Shown here in pieces: positions 26,826 to 42,239 of a DNA stretch of 64,000 nucleotides; position 1 is the stretch's first letter; each line of letters begins with the position of its first letter. Both the position numbers and the translations under genes were made by a program. The notes beneath the pieces were generated by a model. That model saw only the letters and a list, made by a program, of their open reading frames with translations. It was not told the DNA's origin and searched no databases. The stretch lies in the NCBI GenBank assembly GCA_951406725.2, contig OX597833.1, positions 62,930,001 to 62,994,000 of the forward strand. The letters are read 5' to 3'. The DNA comes from Octopus vulgaris. Lineage: Eukaryota.

Positions 26826-28013
26826 GTTTCCAATTTTGGCACAATGCCAGTAATTTTTTCGTGCGAGGGGGTAAATCGGTCACATCGATCTCTGTTAAAT
26901 TGCTGCTTATTTCATCGAAGCTGAAATGAAATGCAAAGTCGACTTCGGCGGAATTTGAACTCAGAACGTAAAGACGGACGAAATACTGCTAAGCATTTTG
27001 TCTGGCGTGCTAACGGTTCTGCTTGCTTGGTTGCTTTACTCGTATTTGTATATGCTTTTCTACTCTAAGCACAAGGCCCGAAATTTTGGTGAAGGGGCCA
27101 GTCGATTAGATCGACCCCAGTACGCAACTGGTACTTAATTTATCGGCCCTGAAAGAATGAAAGGCAAAGTCGACCTCGGCGGAATTTTAAAATATCCTTT
27201 TCTACTCTAGGCACAAGGCCTGAAAATTTTAGGGAAGGGGCTAGTCGATTAGATTGACCGCAGTGTGTAACTGGTACTTAATTTATCGACACTGAAAAGA
27301 TAAAAGGCGAAATCGACCTCGGCGGAATTTGAACTCAGAACATAACGGCAGACGAAATATCTATTTCTTTACTAACCACAAGGGGCTAAACACAGAAGGG
27401 ACAAACAAGGACAGACAAACGGATTAAGTCGATTATATCGACTCCAGTGCGTAATTGGTACTTAATTTATCAACCCCGAAAGAATAAAAGGCAAAGTCGA
27501 CCTCGGAGGAATTTGAACTCAGAACATAACGGCAGACGAAATACCTATTTCTTTACTAATCACAAGGGGCTAAACACAGAGGGGACAAACAAGGACAGAC
27601 AAAGGGATTAAGTCGATTATATCGACTCTAGTGTGTAACTGAAAATTTTAGGGAAGGGGCTAGTCGATTAGATCGACCGCAGTGTGTAACTGGTACTTAA
27701 TTTATCGACACCGAAACGATAAAAGGCAAAGTCGACCTCGGCGGAATTTAAACTCAGAGCGTAGCGGCAGACGAAATACCTATTTCTTTACTAATCACAA
27801 GGGGCTAAACACAGAGAGGACAAACAAGGACAGACAAACGGATTAAGTCGATTATATCGACCCCAGTGCGTAACTGGTACTTATTTAATCGACCCCGAAA
27901 GGATAAAAGGCAAAGTCGACCTCGGCGAAATTTGAACTCAATAGGTAGCGGCAGACGAAATACCCGTAAGCATTTCGTCCGGCGTGCTAACGTTTCTACC
28001 AGCTCTCAGCCTT
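26826..28013 (-). mobile_element. Cluster and tandem array of SINE family B units
   Basis: AAAGGCAAAGTCGACCTCGGCGGAATTTGAACTCAG-like motif recurs six times; ~184 bp units alternate with a second 3' variant; heads at ~27030 and ~28010. Confidence 0.9.
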
Positions 28014-28494
28014 TCTCTTATTAATATATTGATGCACCATCGCTGATGGTTAATTGTTCACATTCATTGATCACTTTGTTGTGTTCGACACGTAAATATT
28101 TCTTGTTATGTCTACGAAACATTTATTTGTGTTACTGATGTTGCGAATCAATAGGTTTTATCCGGAAAGAAGTGACTCATCGATTCATCAATGGACTCTC
28201 AACCGCAAACCACCACCACCACCACCACCACCACCACCACCAATACCACCACCACCACCACCACCTCCAATCACCACCAGACATACAGAAAGGAGATGCA
28301 GAACTATTATATCCATTGTAAACCGACGAGGCGTGGTTTCGTTTCCTCCTGAACATTCAATGTAGATAACGATGGTGATGATGATGATGACGATGATGAT
28401 GATGACGACGACGACGATGATGATGATGATGATAATGATGACGACAATGATGATGATGTTGATGATGACGACGATGATGATGATGTTGATGATG

Positions 28495-28526
<32 letters not shown>

Positions 28527-28744
28527 GATAATCACGATGGTAACGAAAGACGACGATGATGGCAATGGCGATAGTGGCGGCTATTGATGCGATGATGATG
28601 CTGATGATCATTGTATGATGATGATGATGATGATCGTGGTGGGTATGGAGGATAGCAGTGACTCTTTATTCACTACTCTGCTTGAAAAAACGATCATCAT
28701 CATCATCATCATCATCGTCATCATATTAATAATAATCCATCATC

Positions 28745-28805
<61 letters not shown>

Positions 28806-28825
28806 ATCAATTATAAATTATGGCG

Positions 28826-29022
28826 ATGGGCGGAGAGCTGACAGCGTGGTTAGCCCGCTGCGAAAAATGCTTAGCGGCATTTCGTCCGTCTTTACGTTCT
28901 GAGTTCAAATTCCGCCTGGGGTCGACTTTGCCTTTCATCCTTTTGGGGTCGATAGATTAAGTACCAGTTGAGTACTGGGGTCGTTGTAATCGACTAACCC
29001 CCTTCCTCCCAAAATTTATCAA
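28826..29022 (+). mobile_element. SINE family B monomer
   Basis: Head, GAGTTCAAATTCC B box, GACTTTGCCTTTCATCCTTTTGGGGTCGATAGATTAAGTACCAG. Confidence 0.85.
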
Positions 29023-29062
29023 GGCTTCGTTATAATGGTCATCATCATCATCCTCATCATCC

Positions 29063-29111
<49 letters not shown>

Positions 29112-29184
29112 TATTATTATTATCATTATCATTATTATTATTATTATGATTGTTATTATTATTATTATTGTTGTTATTATTATT

Positions 29185-29434
29185 GTGGAGACGCGTGGCT
29201 TAGTGGTTACGGTGTCAGCATCATGATCGTAAGATTGTGGTTTCGATTCCTGAACCGGGCGATGCGTTGTGCTCTTGAGCAAAACACTTCATTTCACGTT
29301 GCTCCAGTCCACTCAGTTGGCAAAAATGAGTAACGCTGCGATGGACTGGCCTCCCGTCCAGCTGGGGAACACATACGCCATTGAAACCGGGAAACCGGGC
29401 CCATGAGACTGGCTAGGCTTTAAAAGGGCGCATC
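29185..29434 (+). mobile_element. tRNA-derived SINE (head H2, CORE-like middle, tail T1)
   Basis: TGGCTTAGTGGTT...GGTTTCGATTCC; TTGAGCAAAACACTTCATTTCACGTTGCTCCAGTCCACTCAG; tail GTAACGCTGCGATGGAC...CCCATGAG...GGCTAGGCTT as in 1237-1352. Confidence 0.85.
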
Positions 29435-29498
29435 TATTTTATTATTATTATTATTATTATTTATTATTTTTTTTTTAATTAAAATTTTTTTTTAATTA

Positions 29499-29670
29499 TG
29501 AAGGCGGTGAGCTGGCAGAAATCGTAAGTACTCTGGAAATATCTAGCGGTATTTCGCATGCCGCCATCCATTCGGGGTCGATAAAATGAGTACCAGTTGA
29601 ACACTGAGATCGATGTAATCGACTTAATCTCTTCTCTCAATCTGCCCTTGTGGCAAAAAAAATTTGAAAT
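29499..29670 (+). mobile_element. SINE family B, internally deleted
   Basis: GAAGGCGGTGAGCTGGCAGAAA...TTCGGGGTCGATAAAATGAGTACCAG. Confidence 0.7.
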
Positions 29671-29777
29671 CCTTGTTATTAGTATTAATATCTGTCTTAC
29701 ATTGCCGACTGCATTTTTACTGGTGAAGCAAATGATGCTATCAAAGCTACAGCCATGACTCCTCCCCCTCCTCCATC

Positions 29778-29850
<73 letters not shown>

Positions 29851-30436
29851 TCATCATCTTCTTCTTCTGTTATTGTTGCTGCTATTGTCCATGCGTTATA
29901 CTGTCATTAAATCTCAACAACCTACCCCACCACCATCTCCACCCCCACACCCACCTCCACGACGACGACGACCACCACCACCACCACCGCCGCCACCATT
30001 ACCACTACCACCATTACCACCATCATCCTTCCAACCAATAACATTGTTACAACTAATACTATCGCCACCACCACCACCACCACCATCGCCACCACCACCA
30101 CCACCGCCACTACTACCATCGCCGCCGCCATTACTGTCAACGCTGTAACAGTCGTTAACGCTTTCGCCGCCGCCACCACCGAAGCCATGGCCGCCGCAAA
30201 CTGTTCCACTGCATCAAACCACCACCACCACCACCACCACCATCATCATCATCACCACCACCACCACCACCACCACCACCACCGCCACCGCCACCGCCGC
30301 CGCAATCCATTCTATTTGCCATCAATATTGACTTTGACGAGATCCAGCATTCCTCAAAGACTTAGTCATATCCATTGCTATGCCATAGAATTGTTGCCGA
30401 TGATATTGCTACAGCTTTTTTTGTTCTTGTAGTTGC

Positions 30437-30499
<63 letters not shown>

Positions 30500-31181
30500 C
30501 ATCACTATTATTGTTGTTGTTGTTGTTGTTATTATTACATTATTGTTGTTGTTATTGGTGGTGATAGCGCTGCTTCTGTTGTTGCTGCGGTTATCGTTGC
30601 TGCGGTCGTTGTAGCTGCTGTTGCTTCTGTTGGTGTGTGGTTGCTGTTGTAGTTTTCGTTGTTGTTGTTGCTATTGTTGTTGCTGTTGCTACTGCTGCTA
30701 TTGTTGCAGTTGTTGTTGCTGTTGTTATTGTTGCTGCTGCATTATTACATTGTTGTTGTTGCTGCTGTTGTAGTTGTTATCTTTACTGTTGCTGCTGTAG
30801 TTCTTGTTGTTATCATTGCTGTTGTTGTTGTTGTTGTTGGCGCTGTTGTAATAGCATATACATGTTGTATATAGCTGACACTGACCTCACCATTATAGCT
30901 AAGCCGGTCGTTCAGCCAGCTAGAAATAACAACCAAACGTCCTTCACGTTCCTTCCATTAATAATAAAAGAACACGTTGGGTGGTTCCTTGCACGCAAAA
31001 AAAAAATAAAATAAAAAGGTGGGATGGCCACAAACGGAATCCCTTTCATCATAGGTCTGCCTGCTCCGTCAGTAGTGACCTGCGGTTAAACGGCAAGAAC
31101 AACAAGAACAACATCCAAACTTTGTCAACGACAGTGGACTCATGAATATATTCATGTATATTGCGCACCTCACTACTGTTA

Positions 31182-31890
31182 TCACCACCACCACCACCAC
31201 CACCACCACCACCACCACTACCACCACCACCATCACCACCACCACCACCACCACCACCACCACCACCACCACCACCACCACCACCACCACCACCACCACC
31301 ACCACCACCACCACCACCACCACCACCACCACCATTACCAACATCAACAACAATAGCACAATCACATAATACCAACAACCAAACCAGCACCACTAATACC
31401 ACCACCGCAACCAACACAACCCCCTACTTCTACCAACTTCCAATACCAGTATCACGGCAAACATCACCACCACGACCACCTGCTGCACCAGCAGCAACAG
31501 CAGCAGCAGCAGCAGCACCACCACCACCGCCACCACCACCACCACCACCACCACCACCACCACCACCACCACCACCACCACCACCACCACCACCGCCACC
31601 ACCACCACCACCACCACCACCACCACCACAACCGCCGCCGCCGCCGCCACCACCACCACCACCACCACCACCACCACCACCACCACCACCACCACCACCA
31701 CCACCACCACCACCACCACCACCATCACCACCACCACCACCACCACCACCACCACCACCACCACCACCACCACCACCACCACCACCACCACCACCACCAC
31801 CACCACCACCACCACCATCATCACCACCACCACAACCGCCGCCGCCGCCGCCGCCGCCACCACCACCACCACCATTACCACCACCATCAA
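31182..31890. repeat. (CCA)n arrays
   Basis: Direct reading. Confidence 0.95.
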
Positions 31891-32855
31891 CGCAATATTT
31901 ACAACCGGTGCCTCCAGCAGCACAGCAATTGTCCCCCCCTCCCACCCCACCACCCCATTTCGATACTCCAACACCACCAGCGTCACCAGTGCCACTAGCG
32001 CCCCCTCCATCACAATGACTATTATAATAAATCAATTAACAGCGTCGCTGCCGCCTCTGCCTCCGCCGCCAGCATCGCCGCCACCGCCCCCGCACAGACG
32101 TTGTAACAACAGATGACATTGCTTCTATCACAGAAATTACTTTAGTCATGGCGAACATTGATCCTTTGAATGTCCGCCATTGTGAAAACTGTCGGCCATT
32201 GTCGTAGCATCCATTATATTTCGTTATACACGTCGTCGTCGTCGTCGTCTTCTTCTTCTTCTTCTTCTTCTTCTTCTTCTTCTTCTTCTTCTTCTTCTTC
32301 TTCTTCTTCTTCTTCTTCTTCTTCTTCTTCTTCTTCTTCTTCTTCTTCTTCTTCTTCTTCTTCTTCTACTCCTTCTTCTTCTTCTTCTTCTTCATCATCA
32401 TCTTCTTCTTCTCCTACTCCTTCTTCTTCTTCTTCTTCTTCTTCTTCTTCTTCTTCTTCTCCACCTCCTACTCCTTTTTCTTCTTCTTCTTCTTCTTCTT
32501 CTTCTTCTTCTTCTTCTCCTTCTTTTCTTCTTCTTCTCCTCCTCCATCATCATCATCATCATCGTAACCACCACCACTACCACCACCATGCCTCCTCCTC
32601 CTCCTCTTCCTCCACCACCACCACGCCTCCTCCACCATTCCATGGGGTGCGAGCAGAGCCGGATTTATGGAGAATCAAAGAGGGCAATTGCCCCGGGCAC
32701 CTTTATTACTATAAAAAATTATTACATTAAGGGGTGCGAGAGCATATTAAAAGCTTTTAGGGGTTCGGGACATAATAAAGGTTGGGGAGCACTGCTATAA
32801 ACAAATCTTTTGTGTAAGTCGTTCGGCAAAATCTGAACACCGTCTTCGACAGGAG

Positions 32856-32914
<59 letters not shown>

Positions 32915-32953
32915 TATATACATACAAGCACATATATATATATATATATATAT

Positions 32954-33238
32954 ATCAAAATAAGCAATAAGGATATGCAGTACGATCGTTTCAAGCAACT
33001 TCATTAAATTGAACAATGCAATCATGACTTCAATCTAAATGCAGAGCAAACCTCAGCTGCATCAAGACAGATTTTAATTAAATGCTATTATAAAATAATA
33101 ATTAAATTCTATGTCTTTATGTAGCCAAAGATTGCTCTGCATTTAAATTGATGTCATGATTGCATTGTTCAATTAAATGGAAATGCTTGAAACGATCGTA
33201 CTGCATTACCTCTGGATATCCTTGTTGCTTATTTTGAT
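32954..33238. mobile_element. Long palindromic foldback/MITE with ~130 bp arms
   Basis: ATCAAAATAAGCAA...GCAGTACGATCGTTTCAAGCA...TTGAACAATGCAATCATGAC mirrored by GTCATGATTGCATTGTTCAA...TGCTTGAAACGATCGTACTGC...TTGCTTATTTTGAT. Confidence 0.8.
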
Positions 33239-33319
33239 TCTAATCACCTTATATTGAAAGTGTATGGATAATGCCGTACTAAATTCTGGTTCCTCAACTT
33301 CAGTACCATATTCATCTGA

Positions 33320-33480
<161 letters not shown>

Positions 33481-33841
33481 TACACACACATATATATACA
33501 TATATATGCATACATACTTACACACGCATGCATACACACACACACACACATAAAATATTTGCTTTTATGTTAGTTACAGTAAAAACAATTTAACACTAAA
33601 CTGAAGAATTTCTCAATACATTCCGTAGAATAAATGTTCATACTTTCTACGAAGAGTGGCGATAGTGTCTTCGACGTTTTGGTCAGCGAGCCTTCATCAA
33701 AGTCACTGATATTAGTTGTTGTTCTTCATAGATATTTTTATTAGGATTAGACAACGCTCAGATATTCGTATCCAGTTTGGTAGGTTCTGTGGCACACGTG
33801 CACGCCCACACGCACGCACATTTATATATACATGTATGTTT

Positions 33842-33918
<77 letters not shown>

Positions 33919-34107
33919 AAAAGATGTGGAACACGAGTTGTGATATATAAAAAAAGGAAATGAAGAAAATGCTGACAAAATAATTTAAGTAAGGGAGAGT
34001 GTATTTAATTAGGTGAAAGTTCTTTTTACCGGTTGCGCATTTGTTATGCTTATCAAAAAATATTTTGAGAGAGATAGAGTTCCTTTCTGGTGGATTTTTT
34101 TCTCTTA

Positions 34108-34184
<77 letters not shown>

Positions 34185-34203
34185 GTATGTATATATGTAT
34201 ATG

Positions 34204-34251
<48 letters not shown>

Positions 34252-34688
34252 CATGTGTATGTGAACGGATATATTAAATAACCAATCGTTGTACTATATG
34301 AAACAACACAGAAATTTCAACACAAGGCGTTCTAAGTATAAGGAATTCTTTATGATCCAAAAATATGCCAATTATATATCCTGGACCAAAAGTTGTTTCA
34401 TTCTTCGAGGAATCATCAGAAGACAGAAATCGATAATTCAAACCAGACAGCGAAATTATTCACTATTCAAATATTTTCGAATATTTGCCCCACTTGAAAG
34501 AATATTCCAATATTTTATAAATATAATACACGCGCGTGCACACACACACACACACACACACGTGCACACACACACGTGCACACACACGTACACATACAAA
34601 CATACATACATACATGCACATATATGCATATGTGTATGTGTGCGTGTGTTCGTATATATATGTATATATATATATATATATATATACA

Positions 34689-34721
<33 letters not shown>

Positions 34722-34828
34722 ATGTGTATATGTATATACAAGTATATATTTATATACAAATAAATATAGGCAAATATATATGTGCTTATATAATATATGA
34801 ATTAGTATATGCACACACACACACACAT

Positions 34829-34867
<39 letters not shown>

Positions 34868-34994
34868 CATATATATTGGTATATATGCATTTATATGAAT
34901 ATATGTATATACATCTATATATAAGTATATGTATGTTACATACATACACAAATATGAACATATATACATATATGTATGTATATATATGTATGTG

Positions 34995-35061
<67 letters not shown>

Positions 35062-35904
35062 GATATATAAACACAAGTGTATACATGATGCGTGTGTTTG
35101 CGTTGGCCGACAGGCGTTAGCACATGTGTGTCCACCTACAAATGCCCAATAGAAACCAGCAACACTGTGCATGTATGTATATATGCATGTATGTATGTAT
35201 ATATTTATGTATGTATGTATGTATGTATGTATGTATGTATGTATGTATGTGTTTATGTGTGTATATGTGTATATGCATTTAGGCTGAAAAACAAAATCAC
35301 GGCAACAAGAACATCGCTTGGAGTCGTGCGCTGTGATGGAGAGCAGTAGGGACCAAAAAGGGAAAGTAAGAGAAGCGGAGGAGAGGATGTGAGAGAGAGA
35401 GCTTACGTTGACGGGGGTTGGTCGGAGGTGGTTGTGAGCGAGAGTGGCGCATGGTGGGGGAAGGACGAAGACTGTAACTTGAACACGAACAAGAAGAAGA
35501 AAAAGAAAAAAGAGAAGAGAAGAGAAGAGAAGAGGAAAAGAAGGACGAAGTGAAAAAGAAGTAAAAGGAAAAGGAGAGGCATGAGGAAGAGTAGGACGAG
35601 GAGGACGAGGAGGAGGAGGTGGGGAAGAAGTGGGGGGGGTGTCTCAAAATAAAGAAATAAATAAAAATTGACATCTTAAAATATGAATGTAGCTTTACTG
35701 ACTCATCATGTTGTAAACGTGTGTCTGTGTGGAATGGTGTGTATGTGTGCGTACGCATGTGTGTAGGATGCGTGCATGAGTATATATATATATATATATC
35801 TGTGTATGTGTGTATTCGTGTTTGTTGCCCGCGTGTTTGTGGGTGCATGTCAATATATACACTCACGCACACACACACACACACACACATATATATGTAT
35901 ACAA

Positions 35905-35996
<92 letters not shown>

Positions 35997-36962
35997 TCTG
36001 TCTATCTATCTATCTGTTATCTATGTATATGTATGTATCATGTATGTATGCATGCATGTATACATGTATGTATGTATGTATGTATGTATCTATCTTTCTA
36101 TAATATATATATTTATATATATAGCTATCAATATATTTAAATATATATAAATATATGTATGTATGTATGTATGTATGTGTATATATGTATGTATATGTAT
36201 CATCTCTTATCCATGTGTATGTATATATATGCATGCATGTATATATGTATGTATGTATGTATCTATCGATCTATCTATCTATCTCTTATTATCCATGTAT
36301 GTATGTATGATGATGTATACATGTATGTATGTATGTATGTGTATCTATCTTCTATAATATATATATTTATATATAGTGTATGTGTGTGTGTGTGTGTGTG
36401 TGTGTTATATATATGTGTGTGTGTGTATGTGTGTGTATACATGTATGTGTGTAAGTCTGGGTAGATATATATACGAATATATATGAATATATAGACACAC
36501 ATTACATACATTAAAAACACACACATCACCCAGATTTCTGTATATATGCCTCAGTGTGTATGTATGTGCGTGTATGTATGTATGTGTGTGTATGTGTGAC
36601 ACGAGTAAACACAGCTCTCCTTCTCCACCCCTTACTCTCCCTCCATTCCTCTCCATCCTTTTCATTTCCTTTACACCCTTTTACCCATCTTCGACCTAAT
36701 TTGGGGATTGGCACGCGCGCTTCTTTTTCCCCTTTTTACCGCCTTTTCTTCCGAAGTATTCACATTTGAAGAAGAAGCAGCAGCCGCAGCAGCAGCAGCA
36801 GCAGTAGTAGTGGTAGTAACTGACGTAGTAATCGAAATATTCCTGTTGTACCTTTAGTTGTTGCTATCTATCTATCTATCTATCTATCTGTCTATCTGTC
36901 TGTCTGTTTGGCAGTCTCTCAGTCTGTGTTTGTCTGTCTGTCTGTCTGTCTCTCTGTCTCTA

Positions 36963-37020
<58 letters not shown>

Positions 37021-37094
37021 CCTATCTGTTTGTCTGTCTGTCTGTTTGCCAGTCTGTCAGTCTTTGTTTGTCTGTATGTCTGTCTCTCTCTCTG

Positions 37095-37157
<63 letters not shown>

Positions 37158-37184
37158 GTCTATCTCTCTCACTCTCTCTCTCTG

Positions 37185-37221
<37 letters not shown>

Positions 37222-38379
37222 CCCCCCTCTCCCTAGATACACACATATACACATACACAACTCTCATGTTTTAATTTTTCTCCTCTCTTTCTCTGTCTCT
37301 TATGAATATTCAAGATACCGCTGCTGCTGCTGCTGCCTCCCCCGCCTCCCCCGCCTCCTCCCCCGCCTCCTCCCCCGCCTCCTCCCCCGCCTCCTCCCCC
37401 GCCTCCTCCCCCGCCTCCCCCGCCGCCGTCGTCGTCATCTTCGTTGTTTTCGTCGGTGTTGTTTACTGCTAAGTTATTTCACAAAATATTTTTTCCCGAC
37501 TCATCTGCCTCCCAGTTCCATCGCAGTTTCAATCCTGTTCCACCGCTACATCCGACCCAACGCGAAAAATTTCATTTTGTTTGCTTTTTTTTTTCATTGT
37601 TTTTTTTTTTTTTTTTTTGTTTTTGTGTTGATGTTTTTATTCAGTAATTTTATATATTTACATTTTGTAGTTGTTGTTGTTGTTGTTGTTGTTGCCATTC
37701 TTAGCGTATTCGTCAGGACCCCATCGTCATTATCTTTCATCAACATCAGGATTATCATCCTCGCCACCACCGCCACCACCATAATCATCATCAACAGCAT
37801 TATCATCGATCATGATCATGATCATCATCATCATCATCACAACCATCAGCATCGTTATCGACACCACCACCACCACCACCACCACCACCACCGTCATAAT
37901 CATCGTCGTCATCATCATAATCATCATCAACACGCCCCACCATCATCATCACCACCACCACCACCATCATCACCACAACTATCTTCATCATCACCACTAA
38001 CAACATATCGCCTCCGCCGCCATCAGCCCCACCCCCGACGCCGCAGTCACCACCACCACCACCACCACCACCACAACCATCATTCTCATTCTTTACATTC
38101 TTTACACTGTCTCATTCAATATATCTTCCCCCATTCCCCTCCACCCACATCTTCTACTCCCGCTAAACTCCCTTCGTGTTCCAATTCTCGCTATTGTTGC
38201 CTTCCAATATTTCTAGATGCGGCTACAGCAGGATTCGAACTCAATACAGTACAAGATATTCTCTCCGATGATGACCAACCATTACGGCCATCGACCCCAC
38301 CCCGCTACTTACATACACACACATACATACATAAACATACACACACACACATACATACACACACATACATACATACATA

Positions 38380-39330
38380 CATAAATGGCTTGCCCGACGA
38401 CCTCACGCAACACATCCTTCTATTTGCCGACGATGTCAAACTGGTCGCTCCTCGCGGTGATATAGAGGATCTTCGTCGATGCCTCCACCAAATTTGGAGA
38501 TGGCCTAACGAATGGGACCTGTATCTGAACGTGTCAAAGTGCTGTCATCTGCCTGTTGGCTCTCCTCCTGCAACTCAACTTGATTTCGAGCCGCGTCGTC
38601 TGCTGCTGGAGAGGACCGACCAGGTAAAGGACCTGGGTATCTTGCTGGATTCCTCCTTTTCGCCTTCGGCCCAGTGCGTCCATGCTGCCAACAAAGCACG
38701 CGGAGTTCATGCTGCCAACAAAGCACGCGGAGTTCTGTTCTTGATTCGACGGTCATTCGGAATGCTCACAGCAGCCATATTCCTACCGCTCTATGTCACG
38801 CTGGTGAGACCCATATTGGAGTACGGGATTCAAGCCTCTTCTCCTTATCTCCTCAAAGACATATAGCATCTCGAAAGAGTACAGAAGCTGGCTACCCGCA
38901 TGGTTCTTGGTCTCAAGAATTTGTCTTATGAAGAAAGGCTGAAGACGCTCGACCTTTATTCTCTAGAAAAACGACGACGCCGTGGTGATCTCATTCTTGC
39001 TCACAACATCATAAGTGGAAAGTGTAACCTCTCGAAAGAGCTGTTCTTCACTCCTGCTCCAGAGCGTCGGCTGCGGGGTCATTCCGAAAAGCTCTATCTG
39101 CGACGATTTCATCTCAATCGAAGGAGAGGGGCTTTCTCCGTCCGGGTTGCGGATCCGTGGAATAAGCTGCCGGACGAGATGGTGAAGATGCCGACGACCG
39201 CTCGGTTCAAAGTCTCCCTTGACCACAAGTGGCCTGAACTCTTTACATGAACACCACCCTGTATATAACTCCATGTCCCCCTACATGGCCTTGCTTTTTG
39301 CTTTTTGAGCCAAAAAATTAACTAACTAAC
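38380..39330 (+). mobile_element. 5'-truncated CR1-like LINE (reverse transcriptase C-terminal half)
   Basis: YINGLPDD...LFADDVKL...KDLGI...LYVTLVRPILEYG...LERVQKLATRMV...SYEERL...RRRRGDLI...FSVRVADPWNKLP. One in-frame stop at 38864-38866, a 27-bp tandem duplication at 38681-38734, (CTAA)n tail. Confidence 0.92.
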
Positions 39331-39548
39331 ATACACACACATACATACATACATACAAACATACATACATACATACACACACATACATACATACACAAAT
39401 ACATAGACACATTCATACACACACATACATACACACATACATATATACGTACCTAGACAAGTTTCCAGAGAGGAACGAAAACGCTAATAATAATGAAAAA
39501 ATAAAAGGATTTTTTCCCAAAATTCTGACGACTTTTTTCTGATATATA

Positions 39549-39635
<87 letters not shown>

Positions 39636-39765
39636 TAAATCGGAAAAAATAAACGAAGTGCAAACACAAATAAACAGCAACGTGAGGATGTGGTACAAGT
39701 AAAGTATTAGCAAACGCTCAGAGAAAGAATGAAAGATGGTTTAATGTTTCGAGCAAGGCTCTTTT

Positions 39766-40072
39766 CAGTACTTATTCTATCGGTCCTTTTGCCGAACCGC
39801 TAAGTAACGGGGACGTAAACACACCAGCATCGGTTGTCAAGCAATGCTAGGGGGACAAACACAGACACACAAACACACACACGCATATATATATATATAC
39901 ATATATACGACGGGCTTCTTTCAGTTTCCATCTACCAAATCCACTCACAAAGGCTTTGGTCGGCCCGAGGCTATAGTAGAAGACACTTGCCCAAGATTCC
40001 ACGCAGTGGGACTGAACCCGGAACCATGTGGTTGGTAAGCAAGCTACTTACCACACGGCCACTCCTGCGCCT
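39766..40072 (-). mobile_element. SINE family A, 3'-truncated
   Basis: Reverse complement of ~2596-2912. Confidence 0.9.
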
Positions 40073-40319
40073 GGTAGGCTGTTCGTTGGTAGGTTGTTCG
40101 TTTAGTTTGATGGAGTGGTTGATCAGTTGATTCGTTGGTTAATTGATTGATGGATAGGTTAAGTGATTGGTCGATTGCTTGATTGTTTGGAAGATTGGCT
40201 TGGTTCGTTGATTGGTTGATCGGTCGATCGTTGGTTAATTGATTGGTAAATAGTTTAATTGGCTGGGTGGCTGATTAGTTGATCGGTTGCTTGATGGGCT
40301 TGGTTCGTTGATTGGTAGA

Positions 40320-40551
40320 TGCGTTGTGTGCTTGAGCAAGACACTTTATTTCACGTTACTCCATATGAGTAGCACCTGTATTTCGAAGGGCCAACCTTGT
40401 CACACTCTATGTCACACTGAATCTCCCAGAGAACTACGTTAAGGGTACACGTATCTGTGGAGTGCTCAGCCACTTGCAGTTAATTTCACGAGCAAGCTGT
40501 TCCGTTGATCGTATCAGCTAGGACCCTCGTCATAGTAACAGACGGAGTGCT
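40320..40551 (+). mobile_element. SINE with CORE-like middle and tail T3, head missing
   Basis: TTGAGCAAGACACTTTATTTCACGTT...GAGAACTACGTTAAGGGTACAC...GACGGAGTGC; homologous to 56449-56751. Confidence 0.75.
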
Positions 40552-40556
40552 CCCCA

Positions 40557-40596
<40 letters not shown>

Positions 40597-40764
40597 TATA
40601 CACGAATGTATATGTTTGTGTGTGTATATATATATATATACGCATTTAAGTATACGTTTAAAGATACAGAAACAATGCACATTTAAACACACACTCATAA
40701 ATTCACACACACACATAAACACACACACATACACACACAAATATCTATATATCCACATTCATGT

Positions 40765-40796
<32 letters not shown>

Positions 40797-41543
40797 GCAT
40801 GTATCTATATACATGGATACATATACAATCTATATACCTACATATATGTATGTACGTATGTATATACATGGATGCGTGTACAACATCACGACTGGAATCT
40901 GTTAATCATCTGCACACACCGAGTGAACCAACAACAGATAAAAGCACCACAACTCTAAAGTAGGATGCACACCACATGACGTCAGCAACATTCTGGATTG
41001 ATTTGTCAGCCTCCCGTAATTCATACCGCCGCACACACACACACACACATACACTCGCACATGCACATATACAAACACACACTCACACACACACACATGC
41101 CCAACCTCGAACACACGCGCACGCGCATACCAACACTCGTGGCCCAGATGCATACCAGCGTGCGCATTCCAATGCACGTCTCCCAACCCATGCACATGGC
41201 GGCACACATGGCGGCACACTAACATATACGTACATGCGTGCATGCATTCCTACATACTTGCATATATATACATATATATATATTTGTATGTATGTATATG
41301 TATGGATGTATATATGCATATATATATATATGTATGTATATGTATGTATATATGTATGCATATATATATGTGTATATATATGCATGTATGTATGTACATA
41401 TATATACTTATAAACATATATATACATATGAACGCGTATGCACATCCATACACAGCAGTGTTCCATGCATAAATTTATGTTCACCCTTATCTTGATTATT
41501 ATAACTACTTCAGTCAAAACGGGTATATGTATATATGTATGTA

Positions 41544-41629
<86 letters not shown>

Positions 41630-41704
41630 CATACGTACATATATCTATATATGTGAGTGTATATGTATATATATGCACATATATATATACATACATACAT
41701 GCAT

Positions 41705-41763
<59 letters not shown>

Positions 41764-41783
41764 ATATATATATATACATATAT

Positions 41784-41846
<63 letters not shown>

Positions 41847-42207
41847 GCCTGTCTATATGTTCATACATGAGCATATAGCTTCTTTTTATCATATAATTTG
41901 TCTTCACACCATATACACACCATATAGATACGCAAAACACATATATATATACATGTACATATACATCCATCCATACATAAATACATACATACATAAATAC
42001 ATACATGCACACACACATATACATACAGACACACGCGAGCATATACACACACCCACGCACACATAATGATTAACCAAAACGAGAAAAGAAACATACGGTA
42101 ACATATACACATGGATATATATGCATCTGTATACAAAAATTCATAAATTTTTACGTCCATTTGCTCGTATGTATGTACATAAGAATGTATATACATACAT
42201 ACATACA

Positions 42208-42239
<32 letters not shown>

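Noticed and set aside
31161-32018. 285 aa polyproline ORF (formin FH1/extensin-like)
   Set aside because: Almost entirely (CCA)n, which cannot contain stops; no ATG start, no synonymous codon variety, no flanking domain.
36908-38380. N-terminal part of the 652 aa ORF
   Set aside because: Chance read-through of simple repeats; only 38380 onward is reverse transcriptase.
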